Shown: positions 20,678-29,129 of the stretch, in pieces
How the letters are laid out: every line of letters starts with the position of its first letter
Position numbering within the stretch: the first letter of the stretch is position 1
From: a virus
Taxonomy: Duplodnaviria > Caudoviricetes
Reading direction: 5' to 3' (one strand)
IMG/VR virus record: IMGVR_UViG_3300048839_000493
Span: 1 to 50,770 of that record
Length of the DNA: 50,770 nucleotides
Notes under the pieces: model-generated
What the model was told of the DNA's origin: nothing
The model's database searches: none
The model's input: the letters and a program-made list of their open reading frames with translations, nothing else
Made by a program: the position numbers and the translations under genes

Positions 20678-21048
20678 CCGACGTACTGCACAACGACGTC
20701 TTTGACAGCGGTCTCAACGTCATCGACACCAACACGGAAAAACTCTACATCCTGAGCGCTGACCCGGGCCTGACCTGGGCGAACATCGCAAGCTATGCCC
20801 TTGGGAACAAGGCCACACCGGCCATTGCCGCACCGTCAGACCGATCCGGCGGCGGGCGTGAGGTGGTTGTGTCCGCCATCGCAGACGGGACAGTCACCGA
20901 CACCGGGACAGCGACACATTACGCCCTCACCGATGACAGCGCCGAAAAGATCCTGGCCGCCGGGGATCTGGCAAGCTCTCAGGCCGTGACGTCCGGGAAC
21001 ACGTTCACCCTGACTCAATTTGCCATCGGCATCCCTGACCCGGCATAG
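20674..21048 (+). CDS. Virion structural/fibre-associated protein
   Basis: GT.THYAL.D...LAAG.L..SQ.VTSGN.FTL pattern; GGAGG precedes ATG 20674. Confidence 0.6.
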   Translation: MTDVLHNDVFDSGLNVIDTNTEKLYILSADPGLTWANIASYALGNKATPAIAAPSDRSGGGREVVVSAIADGTVTDTGTATHYALTDDSAEKILAAGDLASSQAVTSGNTFTLTQFAIGIPDPA

Positions 21049-21056
21049 GAGGCGGC

Positions 21057-21326
21057 ATGGACGGACGTTACAGCAAAGACCCTGATGCTATGCTCGATTA
21101 CACTAACGACTGGTCAGACTGGCTGGATGGCGACGTGATCTCATCCAGCTCATGGACCGCCGACACAGGGATCACGGTTTACGGCGACAGCTACGACGAC
21201 GAGACGGCTACCGCATGGATTTCCGGCGGGACGGTCGGCACGGCCTACGACATCACAAACCAGATCGTCACGGCTGCTGGCCGGACAGACGAACGAACGA
21301 TACGAATCACAGTGAGGGAAAAATGA
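21057..21326 (+). CDS. Fibre adaptor-like virion protein
   Basis: KDPDA.LDY..DW..WL...WISGGT.G..Y.IT..I.T..GRTDERTI motif common to small phage virion proteins. Confidence 0.65.
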   Translation: MDGRYSKDPDAMLDYTNDWSDWLDGDVISSSSWTADTGITVYGDSYDDETATAWISGGTVGTAYDITNQIVTAAGRTDERTIRITVREK

Positions 21327-21703
21327 AAAAGATCCTGATCATCCTGGCTATCCTGGCCCTGGCCGCAGCATCTTACGCCGCCGAGGCAACGCAGCGCGAT
21401 TACAATTTCCGGGGATTTCACTACGCCGAAACCATCGCCACAACCGAAACCGGCGAGACGGTAAAGATCCCGACCATCCAGATGTGGCGCAATATCACCG
21501 TCACCCTGGTGGCCGGAGCCAACACCGGCAAGATTCAGACCACCACCAGCTCCGACGCCGCGGTTGCCGCAGGGACCGCGACATGGGCAGACTGGGATCT
21601 CGGGACGCAGACAGGCACCGTCAGCGACGTGATCACCGGCCCAGTGACAGGCATCCGCGGGGTCAGCGTATCCGGGGAGGTGAAAATTGAGATCGTTTAC
21701 TAA
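21323..21703 (+). CDS. Small beta-rich protein with Sec signal peptide
   Basis: MKKILIILAILALAAASYA-AE; ATGA coupled to the upstream gene. Confidence 0.7.
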   Translation: MKKILIILAILALAAASYAAEATQRDYNFRGFHYAETIATTETGETVKIPTIQMWRNITVTLVAGANTGKIQTTTSSDAAVAAGTATWADWDLGTQTGTVSDVITGPVTGIRGVSVSGEVKIEIVY

Positions 21704-23384
21704 GCTGGTCCTCCTGGTCCTGCTCATCCCTGCGCTTGCCTGGGGCGGACAGTGGCAGGGCTCGCAGTGGAGGGGCGGGCTATGGGCCGGGTCGATCTGG
21801 AAAAGCTCACAGGGCTACGGCGACTACGCCCTCTACCTCGACACCGCCCGATACGGCACCAAGGACATGGTATCCCGCAACTCCCTTACCGCCACCATCG
21901 CCGGAGCGCGGACCCTGGCTGATGGCACAGCGGTTGTGGTGAACCAGGCGGCTATCGAGGCGGTGGGGGTGAGGACTGCGCCGGTGGTGAGTAATCTGAT
22001 CACCGGGACTGCTCCGGTTGATTTGACGATAGATGGCTGGCTAAAAACAAGGGCGACAGTGTCTCCGAGCGCAGCAGCGGCACCGTTTGGTGGCGGTTTT
22101 GCGTATAAGGTGATTGCATCATCCGATGCGTCCACAACGCATAAAATATTCTCTCCGATATTCATAGTTAATAGTGGGGGATCGTATTGTGCGAGTATAT
22201 ATGTCAAGGCAAGCGAGTATGATTATGTCTCAATCGCAATAAAATCGTCTATTGAGTCGGAGATCGGATTCCCAACTCCAGTGATATTTAATTTGCTTGC
22301 TGGTACAGTTAGTGGGAGTGGGGAAATCGTACCTGTTGCAGATGATTGGTATCGTATCATAGTGACTGGGGCTGCAAACAGTACAACGGATGCGCGATTG
22401 GTGTTATATTTATGCGACAATATAGGGAATACCGTTTTCACAGGCGACGGTGAATCAGGCATCTACGCCTGGGGCGCACAAGTCACAGCATCCGCCTACC
22501 CCCTCCCCCTCAACACCTCCGGCTCCGCATGGGCAACCGAGATGGGCGGTGACGATGCCGGGGTGTATCTTGATGACATTGACACCAATTTCCCGGATTT
22601 GTATGCGGCGTTGGGTGGTGATGGGGTTAGCCTGGGAGGAGATGTGGCTGGTGATTTAACCGCATGGATAGTATCTGGCGGTGACGCAAATAATTATCTA
22701 TCAGCACTTGGGGGTGGCGTATATAGGCTTGTTGCTGACGGGACCGTTGCTTTTAACATTAAAAAACAAATACTTATTTCGAGTAAATATTATCGACATA
22801 CGCTGACTGTATTAACTAGCTTTGGACAGGCTGGAGTAAAACTCAACCAAGATGGTGATTCTGACTGTGGATCTTTACCCGGCGTTGGGTTGTCTGTCGT
22901 TGATAATAGTGGCACAGACACATACCTGGAAATTTTTAGACAAACAGCAGGCAAAACAACAGACGTTACGTTTACATTGACAACAAAACCAATTCAAGCG
23001 CAGGGATCTCTTAGGTTCGGCTGGACGCCGGGGTGGGATAAGGCTGACATCAGTGGTGAGAACAATATTCTAAAATGCGGGGACTTCGTTGTCCAGTACG
23101 ACGCTGACAACGGGCTTATCGAACTCAGCGACGGCACGAATACAGCCTCAGTTGCGTATGATGCGGTGCAGGATACGCAGGTATGGTTGCACGCCCAATG
23201 GCTCACAGACACAATGCGTGTAGGTTACTCGACAACCAAAACCGGAGAGGTCACCTGGGGCAGCGATGCCACGTTTGCCGGTACATTCACGCCGGTGACA
23301 CAACTCAATCTGTCTCACACGGCATCACATCTGCAATGGATCGGCCCCGACATCACGGTAACCAAGGAGGTGACGGCATGGTAA
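21687..23384 (+). CDS. Fibre/spike-like multidomain protein with signal peptide
   Basis: MRSFTKLVLLVLLIPALAWG-G N-terminus; YCASIYVKA...WYRI...GIYAWGAQV spike/fibre-type domain; LamG-like C-terminus. Confidence 0.7.
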   Translation: MRSFTKLVLLVLLIPALAWGGQWQGSQWRGGLWAGSIWKSSQGYGDYALYLDTARYGTKDMVSRNSLTATIAGARTLADGTAVVVNQAAIEAVGVRTAPVVSNLITGTAPVDLTIDGWLKTRATVSPSAAAAPFGGGFAYKVIASSDASTTHKIFSPIFIVNSGGSYCASIYVKASEYDYVSIAIKSSIESEIGFPTPVIFNLLAGTVSGSGEIVPVADDWYRIIVTGAANSTTDARLVLYLCDNIGNTVFTGDGESGIYAWGAQVTASAYPLPLNTSGSAWATEMGGDDAGVYLDDIDTNFPDLYAALGGDGVSLGGDVAGDLTAWIVSGGDANNYLSALGGGVYRLVADGTVAFNIKKQILISSKYYRHTLTVLTSFGQAGVKLNQDGDSDCGSLPGVGLSVVDNSGTDTYLEIFRQTAGKTTDVTFTLTTKPIQAQGSLRFGWTPGWDKADISGENNILKCGDFVVQYDADNGLIELSDGTNTASVAYDAVQDTQVWLHAQWLTDTMRVGYSTTKTGEVTWGSDATFAGTFTPVTQLNLSHTASHLQWIGPDITVTKEVTAW

Positions 23385-23854
23385 GCGGCAGACGTTGGTA
23401 CGACTGGGCATACTGGCCCGTATTGGTTGCAGCACTGGTTCTTGTGATTTCGGTCCTCGGTGCGAAGTTGGCTTTTTCGCTGGAGGTCTACTGGACCCTC
23501 CCGGCTGGCTCCTGTGTGGGAACTGAATGCCGGGTGCCTCTTGAAGGGGATGTGCTGACAATGGACAGCATGAGAAATTCCCTGGTTCTGTACGAAGATG
23601 CCGAAAAGACAATCATCGTCACATGCGTGGAGCGCCGGTCCCTGCTGGCTTTCCTGGAGGAAACAGGGGGGCGACCGCTTGATCCGAACACGGCGGCAGA
23701 AATGGGGATCGGGGCGTACTACCTTGGCAAATCGTTTGCGGATGTGCTGGCGAAATATCCAGAACTGGATGGGACGTACAGCGTGATCAATGAGGATGGG
23801 AGCGAGGCGACGTTCCCGATAATAACGGAACGGCATTTTTTAGGATGTGAATGA
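23378..23854 (+). CDS. Exported or membrane-anchored protein
   Basis: AAGGAGGT RBS before ATG 23378; hydrophobic segment VLVAALVLVISVLGAKLAFS. Confidence 0.6.
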   Translation: MVSGRRWYDWAYWPVLVAALVLVISVLGAKLAFSLEVYWTLPAGSCVGTECRVPLEGDVLTMDSMRNSLVLYEDAEKTIIVTCVERRSLLAFLEETGGRPLDPNTAAEMGIGAYYLGKSFADVLAKYPELDGTYSVINEDGSEATFPIITERHFLGCE

Positions 23855-24336
23855 TGGAAATCACCGATGTTTTGATGCAAAGGCTTGACGAATTGGAACT
23901 CAGGGTTGCGGCCCTGGAGGCGAACAAGAAACCTTCTCCCGCGCCGGTGATCCCCGTTGACCCGGTGCCGGAACCGAAACCGCAGTACCAGGACGCTTCC
24001 GCATTCTGGAAAACCATGTGCAATGCCCAAGCAGGCACGAAAACCGAGATCCCCGGGTGGGGCTACATGGTGGTTGCCGTGCAGTACGGGTTCACCCTGG
24101 TGGAATGGCACTGCGACAAGATCAAGGACTCCCCGGAATGGTTCGGTCCCAACGCCGACATGAACCAGATGCGCCGGGTCTACCGGGAGGGTCTCGACGC
24201 CCTGTTCGTTCCGGCCTGCGGCGAGGATTGGCACATCGGATACAACGCCGGGAGCGAGACGGGGCTCACAAGCGAGGGCACCGGAATACCGGGGTATCTG
24301 CCGTGCGGACGGCGCAAAGTCAACGGGCTGAAATAA
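23851..24336 (+). CDS. Hypothetical protein (coiled coil, Pro-rich linker, Cys-containing domain)
   Basis: Coupled ORF; LDELELRVAALEA followed by PSPAPVIPVDPVPEP. Confidence 0.55.
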   Translation: MMEITDVLMQRLDELELRVAALEANKKPSPAPVIPVDPVPEPKPQYQDASAFWKTMCNAQAGTKTEIPGWGYMVVAVQYGFTLVEWHCDKIKDSPEWFGPNADMNQMRRVYREGLDALFVPACGEDWHIGYNAGSETGLTSEGTGIPGYLPCGRRKVNGLK

Positions 24337-24354
24337 CGCCATGGGAGGCGCACC

Positions 24355-24597
24355 ATGGTTGAACGACTGATCGACGGCATGACAGACACGGAGCGTAAAA
24401 TGCTGAAATGGGCCTTGATTTCACTGTATTCCATCATCACGGGTGCGGTCCTCTGGCTCTGCGTGGACCGTGTCAACATGCCGCATGAATACGTCCGGCT
24501 CGAACGGTATCAGGCAGACCAATGCCGCCTGGAAAAGCAGAACGAACGCATCCTGACCCAGGTTGATAAGATCCTGGAAGAGTTGAGGAAGAAATGA
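24355..24597 (+). CDS. Single-TM membrane protein, holin/antiholin candidate
   Basis: One hydrophobic helix plus coiled coil; coupled to the endolysin gene. Confidence 0.5.
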   Translation: MVERLIDGMTDTERKMLKWALISLYSIITGAVLWLCVDRVNMPHEYVRLERYQADQCRLEKQNERILTQVDKILEELRKK

Positions 24598-25019
24598 ACC
24601 GTCTCGCCCTGGAACTGATCAAGCGGCATGAGGGGGCGAACCGCAAGAACGGGCGGCACGTCCCCTACCGCTGCACGTCCGGGGCGCTGACTATTGGCTA
24701 CGGTACACAGATAGAGGACGGGATCGACGAGAACGAAGCCGTGATGCTCTTGATCTACCGGGCCGAGGCAGCAGAAGCCGAGCTTGAGCTTTTGTTCGGT
24801 GATGCCTGGGATTCCATGCCGATGGAGCGGAGAGCGGTACTCATCGACATGATGTACCAGCTTGGGTCCAAACGGTTCAGGAGTTTCAAGCGGTTCATCC
24901 AGGCCGTTCGGATCGGGGATCTCCCCGGCATGGTCAAAGAAATGTTGGACAGCAAGTGGGCAACACAGACGCCCGGACGGGTCGAGGATCTGATCCGGGT
25001 GCTTGGAGCCCGTGCATAA
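24594..25019 (+). CDS. Endolysin, T4-lysozyme-like (GH24)
   Basis: IKRHEG...PYRCTSGALTIGYG...DM.YQLG...EMLDSKWATQTPGR. Confidence 0.9.
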   Translation: MNRLALELIKRHEGANRKNGRHVPYRCTSGALTIGYGTQIEDGIDENEAVMLLIYRAEAAEAELELLFGDAWDSMPMERRAVLIDMMYQLGSKRFRSFKRFIQAVRIGDLPGMVKEMLDSKWATQTPGRVEDLIRVLGARA

Positions 25020-25084
25020 AACGCACGAACTGAACCATGAAAAACACCAACTGTCACACACGTATTACATGGATGAGGTGAAAA

Positions 25085-25450
25085 ATGGAGTGGCTCTCAA
25101 CAGTATTCAAGCCCCTGTCTCTTGCTTGGGGTATGGTCCAGGCCGGCACGAACGGCAAGATTCTGAGCGTCTTTGACACGGTTCCGGCACTCGTCGGCAA
25201 CAACCTATACCTGATTCTGATCGGGCTGTTTGCGCTGAAGTGGCTGGCAAAAAAGACCTCGTGGGCCGGAGACGACAAGATCAGCACCATGCTGTCGGGT
25301 TTTGTTGCGCTCGTCATGCGTGGGGGTTTCACCAAGGAAAACGTTGCCAAATACCTGGAGGAAAAGGCCAATGTTTCTGACCGAACTGAACGCAAGGCAC
25401 CTGCCGGACGGGACAATACGACTCCTGACTCCGCTCATCTGGCAGACTGA
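25085..25450 (+). CDS. Membrane protein, holin candidate
   Basis: Hydrophobic segments and a KT.W.GDDK motif; next to the endolysin. Confidence 0.5.
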   Translation: MEWLSTVFKPLSLAWGMVQAGTNGKILSVFDTVPALVGNNLYLILIGLFALKWLAKKTSWAGDDKISTMLSGFVALVMRGGFTKENVAKYLEEKANVSDRTERKAPAGRDNTTPDSAHLAD

Positions 25451-25715
25451 CACGGATGTGGTCACGGTCCCCCGTGGGTTCATCTCTGACGGGGCATCGG
25501 TTCCGCGCCCGTTCTGGTGGTTCTGTCCCCCGCTTCGTGGGCCTCATGCCAGGGCCGCAGTGCTGCATGACCACCTGTGTGTTTTGGGCCAGGATCAGCG
25601 CCGGGCTGACCGGATCTTCCTGGAGGCGCTGGAGGCTTGCGGGGTTGGATGGTTTCGGAGGCGGGTGATGTTCAGGACTGTGAGTGTCTACCAGTGGATG
25701 AGGGGGCGATATTGA
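25371..25715 (+). CDS. DUF1353 family protein
   Basis: TVPRGFISDGASVPR..W...PP.....AAVLHD.L...AD.IF.EAL; ATG 25371. Confidence 0.8.
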   Translation: MFLTELNARHLPDGTIRLLTPLIWQTDTDVVTVPRGFISDGASVPRPFWWFCPPLRGPHARAAVLHDHLCVLGQDQRRADRIFLEALEACGVGWFRRRVMFRTVSVYQWMRGRY

Positions 25716-26860
25716 GCGAGCCATTGACCGACGCACAACAGAGAGCCTACGACGCATACCACCGACTCGGGAGCGAGACCAAAGCGGCCCGGGAACTCGG
25801 CATCAACCGAAACGGTCTGATCAAAACGCTTTGGTGGTGCGCTAAGAAGGGTTACCCGGTGAGCCATGACACGTTTTGCGAGCAGGCCCCGGTTGGCTTC
25901 GAGCTGCGGAAATCAACTCTCCAAGTCAACGCAGGCGGGGAGATCGTACAGCGGTGGGACCGGGTTTCGCCCATCGGGTACAGTGAGCAGCAGATAACGG
26001 ACCATCTCCGTTCCCGGATCCCTGCCGCTGCCCTGGATCTCCCGCGCCGTCCAACCAATGCCGGACTGATGCTGGAACTTTTGCTGTATGATTTACATCT
26101 CGGGTGCCATGCCTGGGCCAGGCAAACCGGCACAGCCTACGACACCAAGATTGCCCGGGCGCTCATGATCCGAGCAGCCGAGCGGATCTACTCCATGACC
26201 GGGCCTGTTGCCGAGTCAGTCATCGTCCTGGGCGGCGACAATCTCCATGCTGATAATCGAAACAACCAGACCGAGCGGTCCAGACATGCCCTTGACGTGG
26301 ACACTCGGTATCAGAGATCCATCGAGGCGATAACCGAGGGCATGACAACGGCCATCGAAACGGCGCTGTCCGTCTCCGGGGCCGTGACAGTCTATGTCCT
26401 GTCGGGTAATCACGACCACCACGCATCCATAGGGCTTGCCCTGATCCTGGCCGCATACTACCGCAACGAGCCACGTGTCACGATTGATACCAGCCCGAGC
26501 AAGCATCGGCTGCACGTTTTTGGAGGCAATGCGTTTCTGTATTCACATGGCGACACCGGCACGGAAAAGCGCCTTGCCGGGTACATGCTCCAGCGGATTA
26601 TCCAAGGAGGCATCACGGGTGTGGACCGTATGCTTGTTCGGCTTGGGCATCTGCACCAGCGGTCCCGGGCGATCATACCTGACATGACCGAGGAATCCGG
26701 GGTGGTCATTGAACGGTTTCCGACCTTGGCCGCGCCCGACTCGTTCGCGCATGAACAGGCATACGTCAACCAGCGGATGACCGTGGCGAATCTGTGGCAC
26801 AGGAAACACGGGTTGCGGAGCAGGATGGAGATAGGTGTTGGGGAATTGGTTGACAACTGA
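25712..26860 (+). CDS. Calcineurin-like metallophosphoesterase with N-terminal HTH
   Basis: DLHLG, GGD..H, GNHD, HGD and GHLH motifs; AARELGINRN HTH; probable TTG start at 25712. Confidence 0.85.
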   Translation: MSEPLTDAQQRAYDAYHRLGSETKAARELGINRNGLIKTLWWCAKKGYPVSHDTFCEQAPVGFELRKSTLQVNAGGEIVQRWDRVSPIGYSEQQITDHLRSRIPAAALDLPRRPTNAGLMLELLLYDLHLGCHAWARQTGTAYDTKIARALMIRAAERIYSMTGPVAESVIVLGGDNLHADNRNNQTERSRHALDVDTRYQRSIEAITEGMTTAIETALSVSGAVTVYVLSGNHDHHASIGLALILAAYYRNEPRVTIDTSPSKHRLHVFGGNAFLYSHGDTGTEKRLAGYMLQRIIQGGITGVDRMLVRLGHLHQRSRAIIPDMTEESGVVIERFPTLAAPDSFAHEQAYVNQRMTVANLWHRKHGLRSRMEIGVGELVDN

Positions 26861-26998
26861 TCGGATTTGTGAGATATTATAATCAATAATTGATCGTGCG
26901 GACTGTTCCCGGTAATGCGGTGCAAGCACGATCCCGCTTGAATGGCCGTGCACGGCTCGCGTGGCCCCGGCGATACGGGGCAAGTTTGAAAGGCTGTG

Positions 26999-27232
26999 AT
27001 GAAAACATCAGAAAAATTGAATCGTTTGCTCAATCCGCAGTGCGTGTCAGATTGGCATATCTCGATCCCCATTGATGATATAGTCAATGATCCTGAGTGC
27101 ATACCCCTTATCAATGAGCTTGAGAATTGTTTTCCCATAAAGAGTATTATGGAAGATATTGCCAAGAACACGCACAATTCACCGCATGGGATTAGCGAGG
27201 CGATTGATGACAATTTTTTTGAGCTTTTTTGA
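26999..27232 (+). CDS. Hypothetical protein
   Basis: AT-rich 77 aa ORF sitting between GC-rich structured segments. Confidence 0.45.
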   Translation: MKTSEKLNRLLNPQCVSDWHISIPIDDIVNDPECIPLINELENCFPIKSIMEDIAKNTHNSPHGISEAIDDNFFELF

Positions 27233-27572
27233 TAAACTCCCCACGCCTGCCAAGCCAAACGACGGCAAAAGCGGCGCACCCAGGGGACCATGCAAACCGG
27301 CCTGATCACCCGGGGACCATGGCGGCTGGCATCCGGTCTGCTCGCATAAGCCACGTTACGGCTGGCGGCCTCGCCACTATGTGGTTGGGGTCTGATGGCC
27401 CGCCCGGAGCCGTTAATCCGGGCATAATAAGCATGACGGCTTGCAACCGCATGTCCTCACAAGAGGCGTAACCGGGACCGCGCAAGTGCCCCGGCACAAA
27501 TTTATATCTCATCTGGCAGTCGAAAGACGTAAGGCCCGAAGGAGATGGCCCCGCCTTTGAGCGGGGCTTTGT
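27233..27572 (+). ncRNA. Candidate structured non-coding RNA(s)
   Basis: No credible gene; dense hairpins with G-U pairs, an H-type pseudoknot at 27402-27440, GNRA/GAAA loops, and a closing terminator. Confidence 0.45.
27547..27572 (+). terminator. Rho-independent terminator
   Basis: GGCCCCGC-CTTTGA-GCGGGGCT followed by TTGT. Confidence 0.55.
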
Positions 27573-27649
27573 CAACACTGCACGATAACATCCAAACCGT
27601 TACTGTTCAGTGACTTTGTGACAAGAAACCCATAAGTTTCCTATGGATT

Positions 27650-27844
27650 ATGAGCTTCAAAAACGAACAGATCGACCGGCTCAAACAACAACTTGCAGTC
27701 CATGGCAAACCATGGAAACGCCGGTACTCGTCGTGGTCCCGCAAGCTCGTGAAACGCTGGAAGTACAAACAGGAACGGGCCAGGATCAGGCAAGACCCGG
27801 AGGCTTTTACGTCTTACGGGGAGTATCGCGGGTGGGAGTGGTAA
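27650..27844 (+). CDS. Small basic hypothetical protein
   Basis: 64 aa, K/R/W-rich, ends in YRGWEW. Confidence 0.55.
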   Translation: MSFKNEQIDRLKQQLAVHGKPWKRRYSSWSRKLVKRWKYKQERARIRQDPEAFTSYGEYRGWEW

Positions 27845-27847
27845 ACA

Positions 27848-28099
27848 ATGCTCTATATCGTGACAGCATACAGATACGGGGACACCGAGCGGCATAGTTA
27901 CCCGGTTGGGGTGTACTCAACAGTTGGTGGTGCAATCGGGGCGGCAACTGACGAAGAATACTCCCGTGGCGGGAAGTACTCGTGCCACATTGTCGAGGCC
28001 GAGTTGGATCGTGGAAGGTCTGCGCGGTTTGGTCCATGCCTGCATTCGTGGCGTGAGTTTCTTGGAATGTCGAAGCAGTACCCCAATATAGCAATGTGA
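27848..28099 (+). CDS. Hypothetical protein
   Basis: YIVTAYRYG..E.HSY.VGVYS...RGGKY; follows the previous ORF by 3 nt. Confidence 0.6.
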   Translation: MLYIVTAYRYGDTERHSYPVGVYSTVGGAIGAATDEEYSRGGKYSCHIVEAELDRGRSARFGPCLHSWREFLGMSKQYPNIAM

Positions 28100-28121
28100 T
28101 AACCCCAAAAATGGGGCGGTT

Positions 28122-28172
28122 GAAAAACTTGTGGCTCATCGGATACGCTCCGGTGAGCCACAAGTGGTTTTA
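28122..28172. terminator. Bidirectional terminator between convergent operons
   Basis: 17-bp stem ACTTGTGGCTCATCGGA (28127-28143)/TCCGGTGAGCCACAAGT (28149-28165), flanked by AAAAA and TTTT. Confidence 0.8.
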
Positions 28173-28448
28173 AAACACAGGGTGAAGGACACTTTGCAAA
28201 TGGGCCTCTGCCGATTCCATTCTTTTGTTGAATCTTTGATTCCATCCATACAATTCGGATTTTAGATCATCTATTGTTCTGTATGCTGCGAGCAACTTGT
28301 CGTTGCTTTTTTCGAGTTTCGCAATACAGTCATTGCAGTAGTACGCGTCACCATGTCCGCTGATATGTACTGCGTGCTGAAACCGCTTGCCAACGATTGT
28401 TTGACATGCGTAACAGTGATGCACTCCGCAACTCTTGCAAGAACTCAT
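28170..28448 (-). CDS. Zn-finger plus coiled-coil protein (5' end possibly frameshifted)
   Basis: CKSCG..HCYAC...YCNDC; the upstream frame has a further CASCG motif. Confidence 0.55.
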   Translation of the reverse strand: MSSCKSCGVHHCYACQTIVGKRFQHAVHISGHGDAYYCNDCIAKLEKSNDKLLAAYRTIDDLKSELYGWNQRFNKRMESAEAHLQSVLHPVF

Positions 28449-28577
28449 GTGCGGTTCAATCGATCCGCATGAAGCACATTCAAATCTGATTCAAGCATGT
28501 TCTTTTCCTTTATCTTTGTGTTATCACCACCCGGCCAATCCGGGATGGTTGCTGTCAAGGATGGTGGGCATTCAACA

Positions 28578-29129
28578 TTAACCCGGTTTACGCATAAGTC
28601 CGAAGTCACGTTTCTTGATTTTTGCCATGCGCCCGTCAGGATGGTGGAAAACGAGCCCCTCTATGTCCATGTTTGCAATCCATGCCCTTAACCCGTCGAA
28701 ATCTCTTGGGACACCATCGTATATATGGGCCTCTGCGTGTTTCTTCAGGTAGTGAATCGCAGTCCCTTCCGGATTCCCTTGAATCTTTGGTCCTACCAAT
28801 TCATATGTTCCATGCGGCAACCCTTGCCTGAGTGCCTCCAAATGATACCTGTCAGCCGGGTTGGAGGGGTCAACAGGAACCCACCCCACCCTCTTTCCTG
28901 TCACAGGGTCCGCCATTTCTTCCCTGAAGTCGGTTGGGATCTGCCCGCCAGGTTTGATTTCTCGGCGCTTGAAGTACCCATCTCCCGAGATCATACAACA
29001 TGTCCCGTCATACTTGCGGGTAGGGGCTCCCTCACAATCAAAGACCCATTGGCAAGCAGGGTTGGGTTCTCTGGTTACAAGTTTCCGGTTTTCTTCGTCC
29101 CTGATAAAAATGGTTGGAATTTTTTTCAT
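28578..29129 (-). CDS. RNA ligase-like nucleotidyltransferase (DUF5565/RLIG1-like)
   Basis: Motif I RKYDGT, YELVGPKIQGNP, and EGLVF...MAKIK. Confidence 0.75.
   Translation of the reverse strand: MKKIPTIFIRDEENRKLVTREPNPACQWVFDCEGAPTRKYDGTCCMISGDGYFKRREIKPGGQIPTDFREEMADPVTGKRVGWVPVDPSNPADRYHLEALRQGLPHGTYELVGPKIQGNPEGTAIHYLKKHAEAHIYDGVPRDFDGLRAWIANMDIEGLVFHHPDGRMAKIKKRDFGLMRKPG

Noticed and set aside
27402-27455. Pistol-ribozyme-like hairpin, pseudoknot and A-rich linker
   Set aside because: No convincing P3 stem or conserved GCG/GU cleavage-site arrangement.
27506-27546. GGCA-GTC-GAAA-GAC-GTAAGGCC resembles the P2 arm of c-di-GMP-I riboswitches
   Set aside because: The P3 arm and tetraloop receptor are absent and the stem is too short; kept only as part of the unassigned ncRNA zone.
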